From Parcubacteria group bacterium (lineage in GTDB: Bacteria > Patescibacteriota > Patescibacteriia > Magasanikbacterales > GCA-002688135): a stretch of DNA of 45,604 nt. Every line of letters begins with the position of its first letter. Position 1 is the stretch's first letter. The position numbers and the translations under genes are program-made. Under the pieces are notes generated by a model. It was not told the origin of the DNA and ran no database searches. It worked only from the letters and a program-made list of their open reading frames with translations. Of the stretch, positions 19,673 to 27,497 are shown one piece after another. The stretch spans positions 1 to 45,604 of the forward strand of contig NZCD01000069.1 in assembly GCA_002688135.1 (NCBI GenBank), in the 5' to 3' direction.

Positions 19673-20812
19673 ATGAGCACGCGAACTATCAACGTAGCGA
19701 TTGTCGGCGTAGGTAACTGCGCTTCTTCATTCGTGCAAGGTCTGGAGTATTACAAATATTGTGCTGATGAGCATATTCCTGGATTGATCAACACAGATTT
19801 GGGTGGGTATCGGATTGGCGATATTCGTGTGGTTGCTGCTTTTGATGTAAATGCAAATAAGGTTGGGCGGGATTTGTCACGAGCGATTTTTTCTGCGCCA
19901 AATAACACAACGAAGTTTGCTGATGTTCCTGAAGTTGGTGTGCGTGTGTGTAATTCGAGGCGCATGGATGGTATTGGTGAATACATTGATGGTGTTTTTC
20001 CGCTTTCTGATGCGGAGATTCCGGATCCGATTCAAGTGCTGCGTGATTCAGGTGCGGATGTGTTGGTGAATTATCTTCCGGTTGGTTCGCAAAGGGCTGT
20101 CGAGTACTGGGCGCAGGTTTGTTTGGATGCTGGTGTTGCGATGGTGAATTGCATGCCGGTGTTTATTGCGAGTGATCGCGCGTGGGAACAGAAGTTTTCT
20201 AAAGCAGGTATTCCGATTGTGGGAGATGATATCAAGTCACAGTTCGGAGCGACGATTTTGCATCGTGCGCTTATCAAGTTGATGGCTGATCGTGGGATGC
20301 CGGTGGACACAACGTATCAATTGAATTTTGGTGGAAATACTGATTTTCAGAATATGTTGGAACGCAAGCGACTTGCCAGCAAAAAGCTTAGTAAGACGCG
20401 CGCCGTTACTTCGCAAGCCGATCGTGATCAGAGCTTGTCGCATGATGATGCGACACATATTGGACCTTCTGACTATGTTCCGCACTTGAAAGATAATAAG
20501 ATTGCCCAGATTCATCTAGAAGGTCGTCATTTCGGTGATGTTCCGATGAACGTGGAAGTTCGATTGTCTGTTGAGGATTCTCCGAATTCCGCTGGTGTTG
20601 TTGTTGATGCGGTTCGTTGTGCGAAGATTGCTTTGGATGCGCGTGTTGGTGGCGCACTTCTTGCACCGAGCGCGTATTACATGAAATCTCCGATTCGTCA
20701 GATGGAGGATTCTGTTGCGAGGGATGGTGTGTTGAGGTTCGTGCACGAATGTCAGGAGATGATTAGTAGTCCGTCGCTGTCGGTGATGCAACCGACCGTG
20801 AGTCGAGCGTAA
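19673..20812 (+). CDS. ino1: Myo-inositol-1-phosphate synthase
   Basis: AIVGVGNCASS, NYLPVGS, GDDIKSQFGAT, GGNTDFQNM, DSPNSAG. Confidence 0.95.
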   Translation: MSTRTINVAIVGVGNCASSFVQGLEYYKYCADEHIPGLINTDLGGYRIGDIRVVAAFDVNANKVGRDLSRAIFSAPNNTTKFADVPEVGVRVCNSRRMDGIGEYIDGVFPLSDAEIPDPIQVLRDSGADVLVNYLPVGSQRAVEYWAQVCLDAGVAMVNCMPVFIASDRAWEQKFSKAGIPIVGDDIKSQFGATILHRALIKLMADRGMPVDTTYQLNFGGNTDFQNMLERKRLASKKLSKTRAVTSQADRDQSLSHDDATHIGPSDYVPHLKDNKIAQIHLEGRHFGDVPMNVEVRLSVEDSPNSAGVVVDAVRCAKIALDARVGGALLAPSAYYMKSPIRQMEDSVARDGVLRFVHECQEMISSPSLSVMQPTVSRA

Positions 20813-20813
20813 T

Positions 20814-20847
20814 AAAAAACCTCCGAGATTTCTCGGAGGTCATTTTT
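20814..20847. terminator. Bidirectional terminator between ino1 and the PBP gene
   Basis: aaaaaacctccgag-attt-ctcggaggtcattttt. Confidence 0.7.
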
Positions 20848-23663
20848 TATTTACTGACGAAGAGAGGGAGGGTTTGGGAGGTTGTGGTTTGATTTCCGTC
20901 GTAAGAAGCTATAAAAGAAAATTCGTAGAAGCCTCCTTCTTCTGGAATGTTTTCCCAAGTGTGTGTCATGTTTGATGAGAAGTCTCCATCAAAAATTATT
21001 GTTTCTAATAATTCTCCGCCTTTCTTTTTGATGTATAGGGTAACCTTGTTGATGCGCGATGGCATGGTTGGACGGAATTCGAATGTGAATGGGAAATCGT
21101 TTTGTGTGATGGTTACATTGGCTGGTGGGTAGTTCCATAAAACTGTAGGAGTATCAGATTGTCCTGTGAGGTTTATGGTGAAGGATTGTGATTTAACATT
21201 GAAGTCTACATCGTATGCGCGAGCTTCAAATGTATGGAAGCCGCTGACGAATTGTCCGAGGTTGAGTGTTGCGGCGTATTCTTCTCCGGAAAATACTTCA
21301 CCTACTTGAACGCCATCCACGAAATATCTAACCCTTTTTATTCCTTGTGGAGCAGATGCTTGAACGCGAGCAGTCATAATTCTGTTCACTGTTTGTTTTT
21401 TTGTTGGTTCAAGAATAGAAATTGATGGCGTGAATTCTGGTTTATGAATATCGTCGTATTCGGTTGGTGGTTCTGAAATTTCGATTGGTTCTTTTTCTAA
21501 TTCTTCATCGGTTTTTTTCGCCCATTCTTGAATTCCTTTTTCCCATGATGCAAATTGTGCATCACTCTCTGGATTTTTTGGTGGTTTTCCTTGTGGGTCA
21601 TTTTTATCGATGTGATACAAAATTGAATGTCCTGCAAAGAACTTTTTCTTTTCTTTTGTTTCTTCAGGAGTAAATTCTGTGGCGAGTTTTCCTGAAACTG
21701 TATCAATTTCAACTTCTTGTAATCCAGGGTCTTGTCCAGTTAACACGGGCTTATTTGTTTTTGGTTCTTCTGGTGGTTCGAATTGTTCGATTTCAGTTCC
21801 TTCTAGTGCGCGTAACATAAATGCTTGCCAGATTGGTCCAGCTGCAGTTGATCCACCAGAGCCTTGTCGCATTGGCGTGTTGTTGTTATTTCCAGCCCAT
21901 ACTCCTGCCGCAAATGATGGTGTGTATCCCATGAGCCATCCGTCACGATAATCATTTGTTGTTCCTGTTTTTGCGGCGACTGGTCTTTCTCCTAATTGTG
22001 CGACAGAGTTTAATCCAAATGCGTATGCGCGTGCGTTGTTATCCGAGAGGATATTTGAAAGTTGTCGAACTGCGTTTTTATCAATTGCTTTTTTGCCTCG
22101 TTTTTTTTCATGTTCGAAAAGCACTGTTCCATCATCATCCTCTACTTTCAAAATAGAAACTGGCGCGATGTATGCACCTTCGCGGGCAAATGTTGCGTAT
22201 GCGGTTGTGTGTTCAAGTAATGTTACTTCTCCGCCACCCAACACGAGTGATAATCCGAAACGAGATCTGTCTGAAAGTGTTGTATAGCCGATTTTTTCTG
22301 CAACATCTAATACATGACTAATTCCTGCTAAATAAATCATTTTTACAGCCGGAATATTTAGTGATCCTTGAATAGCTTTTCTGATCGTAACGGGTCCGCG
22401 TTCTTTGAAGTCGTAGTTATTTGGTTCATATGGTTTTCCGATTGCATTTGAGAAAGCAGTTTTTGCATCGTAGAGAATAGTTTTGGGGGTGTAGCCTTTT
22501 TCAAATCCTGCGACGTATACAAGTGGTTTGAAGGATGATCCTGGTTGGCGCGGTGCGAGCGCGACATTAAATTGACCATCGTATTCTTTGTCGAAGAAAT
22601 CTCGAGACCCTACCATTGCTCGGATTTCTGCGGTTTTAACATCGATCGCAACGAGTGCTGCATTTTCTGCTTTATTGTGTTCTCGATTGTGTTCTACTCC
22701 TTTTTTTATTTCTTCCTCTGCGATTTCTTGTAGATCATAATCGAGTGATGTGGTGATTTTGAGTCCACCTGTTTCAACCAATTTTTCTCCGAGTGTTTGC
22801 GAGAGTTGTTCTTTTATCATCATCACAAAGTGAGGTGCGCGAATGGAGTTGTCGACATTTTGTTTAAGTTCGACATCTACATTTTTTGCGGTTTTCGATT
22901 CTTGCTCTGTGATAAATTGTTGTTCTACCATCAAATCTAAAATGAAATCTCGTCGATCTTGTAATCGTGTGAGATTATTGAGATAGCGTGTTGGCGCTTG
23001 TGGGAGTGCGGCGAGTGTTGCTGCTTCGGCTATTGAAATATCTTCAACTTTTTTCGCGAAGTAGCTTTGTGAAGCTGCTTCGATTCCGTAGTTTGTTGAT
23101 CCGTATGGAATTTCATTGAAGTAGAGTTGGAGGATTTCTTTTTTGGTGTATTTTTTTTCAAGTTGTGTTGCGAGGATTGCTTCTTTGATTTTTCGAATAT
23201 ATGAATGGTCGTCTCCAACGATTGCATTTTTGATGAGTTGTTGTGTGAGGGTGGAGGCACCACCTTGCCCAGATTTTTTTCCGAGTAAATTTGAAATTGC
23301 GGCGCGTGCAATACTTTTGTATGCAACACCTTTGTGATTGTAGAAATTTTTATCTTCAACGGCGAGTGTTGCGTTTACTGCGTATTCAGGAATATCTTCG
23401 AGTGCTACAAGTGTTCGTTTTTTTTCATTGAAGATTTCAAATAATAAAGTTTCTCCGGTTCGGTCATAAATTTTTGTAGTTTGTCCGAGTGATCGTTCTG
23501 AAAGTTTTTCTGGATCTGGTAAATCTTTTGCGATTGATGCAATCCATATCGTCAACAAAATGAACATCAATAATCCTAGGCCCAATCCCCATTTAACAAG
23601 TTTCCAAAAGAAGCGCTTTTTGGCGCGACGTTTTTTATATGGTTTGTGGTAACGTTTGTCCAT
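20847..23663 (-). CDS. Class A penicillin-binding protein (transglycosylase-transpeptidase) with C-terminal Ig-like domains
   Basis: EDKNFY, GASTLTQQL, RKIKE, RQPGSSFKP, SLN, KTGT. Confidence 0.95.
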   Translation of the reverse strand: MDKRYHKPYKKRRAKKRFFWKLVKWGLGLGLLMFILLTIWIASIAKDLPDPEKLSERSLGQTTKIYDRTGETLLFEIFNEKKRTLVALEDIPEYAVNATLAVEDKNFYNHKGVAYKSIARAAISNLLGKKSGQGGASTLTQQLIKNAIVGDDHSYIRKIKEAILATQLEKKYTKKEILQLYFNEIPYGSTNYGIEAASQSYFAKKVEDISIAEAATLAALPQAPTRYLNNLTRLQDRRDFILDLMVEQQFITEQESKTAKNVDVELKQNVDNSIRAPHFVMMIKEQLSQTLGEKLVETGGLKITTSLDYDLQEIAEEEIKKGVEHNREHNKAENAALVAIDVKTAEIRAMVGSRDFFDKEYDGQFNVALAPRQPGSSFKPLVYVAGFEKGYTPKTILYDAKTAFSNAIGKPYEPNNYDFKERGPVTIRKAIQGSLNIPAVKMIYLAGISHVLDVAEKIGYTTLSDRSRFGLSLVLGGGEVTLLEHTTAYATFAREGAYIAPVSILKVEDDDGTVLFEHEKKRGKKAIDKNAVRQLSNILSDNNARAYAFGLNSVAQLGERPVAAKTGTTNDYRDGWLMGYTPSFAAGVWAGNNNNTPMRQGSGGSTAAGPIWQAFMLRALEGTEIEQFEPPEEPKTNKPVLTGQDPGLQEVEIDTVSGKLATEFTPEETKEKKKFFAGHSILYHIDKNDPQGKPPKNPESDAQFASWEKGIQEWAKKTDEELEKEPIEISEPPTEYDDIHKPEFTPSISILEPTKKQTVNRIMTARVQASAPQGIKRVRYFVDGVQVGEVFSGEEYAATLNLGQFVSGFHTFEARAYDVDFNVKSQSFTINLTGQSDTPTVLWNYPPANVTITQNDFPFTFEFRPTMPSRINKVTLYIKKKGGELLETIIFDGDFSSNMTHTWENIPEEGGFYEFSFIASYDGNQTTTSQTLPLFVSK

Positions 23664-23914
23664 GACAAAAGATTAAAGCGAAAAATTTAAAGCCACAATT
23701 CAAAATTCAAAAGTGACGACCGTAGTGAGTCATTCTGGAGCTTGCGATAGAATCCAGAAATTCAACGCGAAAGTGTTGGATTCTATCTCTTTGTTCCAGA
23801 ATGACGCGATGCGTCAGTTTGTTGAACTATTTATACCGTTTTTGGTAGTTTAGAGCAATGTTTTTTTGTTGTAAATATGTTGCATCATAAGAAAATTAAT
23901 CCACATCAGAGTAT

Positions 23915-23943
23915 TGACTTTTAGGGTAATTCGTGCTATACTA
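23915..23943 (+). promoter_or_regulatory. sigma70 promoter for the 3D-domain gene
   Basis: TTGACT-N17-TATACT with extended TG. Confidence 0.6.
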
Positions 23944-24048
23944 TTGGCGTCTTTGAAGAGTCTTTCAAAGGCTTTTTTATTCGATATATATAGAGGAAAT
24001 AGAGGATTCTGATGGATTCCCGCTTTCGCGGGAATGACAATTTATACT

Positions 24049-24534
24049 ATGATTACTGACTTTATTATTCAGGCAACAGCTAAGGCATTAATGATTACTA
24101 CTGCCGCTTCAACGCTTCCTGTTGCTATTAATTCTACCCCTTCTGCGGTACAAGATGTGTCGCGTAGTTTTGGTATTGGGCAGCGCGTGCCCGATCCACT
24201 TCCGATTTCGGAAGAACGTGGCTATACCACATGGGTTGGTACGACTGCGTATTCATCTTCACCAGATCAAACTGACGATTCCCCATTTATTACAGCGAAT
24301 CAAACCGTTGTGCGTGATGGGATTGTTGCGGCAAATTTTTTACCATTTGGAACTCGTGTGAAAGTTCCAGAGTTGTATGGTGACAAAGAATTTGTTGTGG
24401 CGGATCGAATGAATGCGCGTTATTACAAAAAAATGGATTTTTGGATGCCTACTCGTGAGGCTGCGATGGCGCATGGGTATAAGTACGTCGAAATCGAAGT
24501 ACTTCCTCCGGCGCATAATATTGCGCGACAGTAG
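24049..24534 (+). CDS. 3D-domain (Asp-Asp-Asp) protein
   Basis: TAYSSSPDQTDDSPFITA, VAANFLPFGTRV, VADRM, MDFWM; the 24034 ATG lies inside a repeat. Confidence 0.88.
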   Translation: MITDFIIQATAKALMITTAASTLPVAINSTPSAVQDVSRSFGIGQRVPDPLPISEERGYTTWVGTTAYSSSPDQTDDSPFITANQTVVRDGIVAANFLPFGTRVKVPELYGDKEFVVADRMNARYYKKMDFWMPTREAAMAHGYKYVEIEVLPPAHNIARQ

Positions 24535-24663
24535 CCTTATAATTTATTTAGAAAAACGGCTAACGCCGTTTTTTGGTTTATTTTTATTTCATTATTTTTT
24601 ATTATTATTGTACTCTATGAAAGCTTTATTTTGTCACAGTAAATTTCTTGCATTGCTTTTTCA

Positions 24664-25060
24664 AAAAAGCAACAAAAACCTCGCGCCACGTTCTGTTTTG
24701 GGCTCACCTTGTTTTTTCAGACTAATTTTCAAACTCACTCTCGGGCCTAACACACACAAAACTTTGACCAATCCCCGCCTACGCGGGGATGACAATCTAT
24801 AATTGAGGCTCGTCTTTATGGATCCCGGCCTACGCCGGGATGACAATTTTTAGTAGCTCTCGCTAAAGTTTCAAAACTTATTTGAAGAATTGATCACTCA
24901 ATCTGAAAATTTGTGATCAAAAGTCTTGTGCGCGCTAGACCCTGCGTTCAAACAGTGAAAATTAGTATCTGAAAAAACTGCGTTTCGCTGATCCAAAACG
25001 CCACTATGCGCGGCGGCTATCGCCGACTTATATGCTGCTATCGCAGATTTTTATTGTTTT
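24664..25060. repeat. Large imperfect inverted-repeat element with nested REP units
   Basis: Arms gttttttcaga/tctgaaaaaac, ctaattttca/tgaaaattag, gttttgg/ccaaaac; core shared with 8761-8865 and 43298-43370. Confidence 0.7.
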
Positions 25061-25142
25061 TATATGGTTTGGTTGACAAAGGGAGGTTTTGTGCTTACAG
25101 TTAATAGTGCTCGTTGATAATTGATTTTTTTAGGAGGGTAGC

Positions 25143-25502
25143 ATGGGCCAATCGGGTCCGTGGAAGAGGCGTCATACTGGTTTGAATGAGCTGAATCAGC
25201 GATCGGATGAATTTCGTCATCGTTCTGATTCTGCTTTAATTTCATTACATCAAAGATGTGATACTCGTTTGGGACGCATGAAAACGCGTTTGAAATTGGT
25301 ATTGATTATTTTGCTGTTAGGTGTGATTGGTTCTGTTTCCTTATTTCGTGTTGTGACATGGCTGGCATATATTTTTGTTGGCGTGTCTGTTATTGCGGGG
25401 TTTGTGGGTTTGCATGCAATTCACATTAAGGAAAAATGCTTCACAATGTTGGCCGTGATTTCTGTTGAATTGAAGGCGAGAGGCGTGAATCATCGGTTGT
25501 AG
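25143..25502 (+). CDS. Hypothetical membrane protein (2 TM)
   Basis: AGGAGG RBS; two hydrophobic helices. Confidence 0.65.
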   Translation: MGQSGPWKRRHTGLNELNQRSDEFRHRSDSALISLHQRCDTRLGRMKTRLKLVLIILLLGVIGSVSLFRVVTWLAYIFVGVSVIAGFVGLHAIHIKEKCFTMLAVISVELKARGVNHRL

Positions 25503-25557
25503 TTGACTTTTCACGAGTGCTTCAGTACATTGTGCCCAGGTCTTTACAGGAGGGCAT

Positions 25558-25942
25558 GATGAAGAGGTCTGACTTTGAATCTGAACATGCATTTATGCAT
25601 GCTCGGTCGTTGCGCATTCATGATATGGCTCGGAAGTGCATTTCTGCGGTTAGTGAAAGAGAGCAGCTTGAATATAATCGCTTGAATTTGTCGCGATATA
25701 TGTGGGCTGTGTGGTCGCTTGCTAGTTGGATTTTATTGGGTTTGTTTGCGAGACGTGCGTATATGTCTGATTTGGCGTATCATTCTTCGCTGGTCAGCGT
25801 GCTTAGTGGGTGTTTGCTTGTCGTGCTAATTCTTTTTGTGAAATCACGTCTTTATGCGAATCGAGTTTTTGAACTTAATGATATAATTCGGCCTCTTGCG
25901 GATTCTGCTGATGCTATATCGAAGACCTTCGAAGTGAAATAG
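25558..25942 (+). CDS. Hypothetical membrane protein (2 TM)
   Basis: AGGAGG RBS before ATG 25558; two hydrophobic helices. Confidence 0.65.
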
Positions 25943-25945
25943 TGC

Positions 25946-26191
25946 ATGATGCAGCTTGTGTTTGGCGCGGGGATGGTGAGTGCATTGATTGGGCTATGTG
26001 GAATCGTTGGTGTGTTGTTTTTTGTGGCTCGCGTACGGTATCTGCAGTCGCATCAATCTCAGGATGATGCTAAGATTGCACAATGGGACATGTATGCATT
26101 GCAAGGAATTCTTTCTGAGTTTGCTGCAAGTTTGTTTGCTCTTCTGTTGGGTGTAGTCTTGATTGTTGTTTCGCATTTGTTTGGCGGGTAA
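25946..26191 (+). CDS. Small hypothetical membrane protein (2 TM)
   Basis: Starts directly after the previous stop codon; hydrophobic. Confidence 0.55.
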   Translation: MMQLVFGAGMVSALIGLCGIVGVLFFVARVRYLQSHQSQDDAKIAQWDMYALQGILSEFAASLFALLLGVVLIVVSHLFGG

Positions 26192-26250
26192 GTCCCGTCT
26201 TTTTTATACTTGATTTTTGTGAGTGATTTCTATATGATACATCTCGCTGT

Positions 26251-26658
26251 GGCCAGGTAGCCAAGTGGTAATGAAGGGGCCTTCAACCCTCTTAGTTGCT
26301 CAACTTACAATACTGGCAAGCTGCACCTGTTTTCACTCGTCGTTTGATCGACGTACTACAACGTACGCCTCACTGCACGACTCGTTCCAAACAGGCACAT
26401 CTTATCCAGTCTTGAAAGTTGCTCGCGTCCGTGGAAATTAAAATGTGGCCAGGTAGCCAAGTGGTAAGGCAGGGGCCCACTTCACCCTCTATTCTCTATT
26501 GCTCAACATCCGATACTGGCAAGCTGCACCTATCTTCACTCGTCACTTATTCGACGTACGGAAATGTACGTCTCATTGCGTGACTCCCTCCAGATAGGCA
26601 CATCTTATCCAGTCTCGAATGTCGCCGATGTTCGTGGTCTATTGGAAATAAACACTTG
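26251..26658 (+). repeat. Two ~200-nt units, each a tRNA-Cys 5' half plus a long structured hairpin
   Basis: GGCCAGGTAGCCAAGTGGTAA at 26251, 26447 and 26659; homologous hairpins with compensatory changes. Confidence 0.9.
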
Positions 26659-26730
26659 GGCCAGGTAGCCAAGTGGTAAGGCAGGGGCCTGCAAAGCCTC
26701 TATTCGTGGGTTCGATCCCCGCTCTGGCCT
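26659..26730 (+). tRNA. tRNA-Cys(GCA)
   Basis: GGCCAGG/TCTGGCC acceptor stem, GGGGC-CTGCAAA-GCCTC anticodon arm, GGTTCGATCCC, U discriminator. Confidence 0.95.
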
Positions 26731-26822
26731 TATAAAATCCATCACGTATGTGGTGGTTTTTATGTTGACAATTTTTTTAGTGAATGCTATGGTTTTGCTG
26801 TTCTTTAATAAGGGGGTTAGTT

Positions 26823-27221
26823 ATGAGTGAAGTTGCAAAAGATTGTGCTCCGGTTGTGATTGTTGATCAGCATGGGAAATACATGTTGCAGTTTCGGGAT
26901 GATACTCCGGGAATCAACCATCCTTTGATGTGGGGATTTTTTGGAGGTCAATGTGAAGATGGTGAGACTCCGGGGCAATGCGCGTCTCGTGAGTTGCATG
27001 AGGAGTTGGTAGTTGAATTTATGGCGTTTGATTTTGAGGAGTTAGCATCTCTTCCAAAGGATAATGGTAGTATGCGGCATGTTGTTCGTTTGTGTTTTCC
27101 GATTGTGTGGGGAGAGTTTGCGTTATGTGAGGGGGCTGGTGTTGGATATTTCACTAAGGATGAGGCTTTGAAGTTGAATCTTGTTCCGGGTGCTCGTGTG
27201 ATTTTTGAGGAGGTTCTGTGA
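26823..27221 (+). CDS. NUDIX hydrolase
   Basis: Nudix box GGQCEDGETPGQCASRELHEEL; LQFRDD...PLMWGFF. Confidence 0.92.
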   Translation: MSEVAKDCAPVVIVDQHGKYMLQFRDDTPGINHPLMWGFFGGQCEDGETPGQCASRELHEELVVEFMAFDFEELASLPKDNGSMRHVVRLCFPIVWGEFALCEGAGVGYFTKDEALKLNLVPGARVIFEEVL

Positions 27222-27357
27222 GTGACACGAAGAATTATGCTGGGTTTTTTATTCGAAATGCGGCTGGTTTGTATCTTTTGTAGTTTCGTATGACGTGTCC
27301 TGTTTGCAACCGATTTACTATGGTGCTCGCGAGATGTTTCGTAGATTTGCAGAATAG
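27218..27357 (+). pseudogene. Remnant of a tandem NUDIX paralogue
   Basis: GTGA overlap and GAGGAGG RBS; VSDTKNYAGFFIRNAAGLYLL*FR aligns to ...GKYMLQFR; later YGAREMF resembles PGARVIF; Nudix box absent. Confidence 0.55.
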
Positions 27358-27497
27358 TTTATAAGGGCTGATGAGCCCTTTTTTTATTTTGTTTGAGGTG
27401 GTAATATCAGTGAGTAGTTTATAGTGAGTAGTGAGTAGAATTTTAATAATGTGGATCCTGGATCATGTCCGGGATGACAGTTTCTATCGGCTCCGAT

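Noticed and set aside
26251-26730. CRISPR array
   Set aside because: The repeat is a tRNA 5' end, the ~175-190-nt spacers are homologous to each other, and no cas genes are present.
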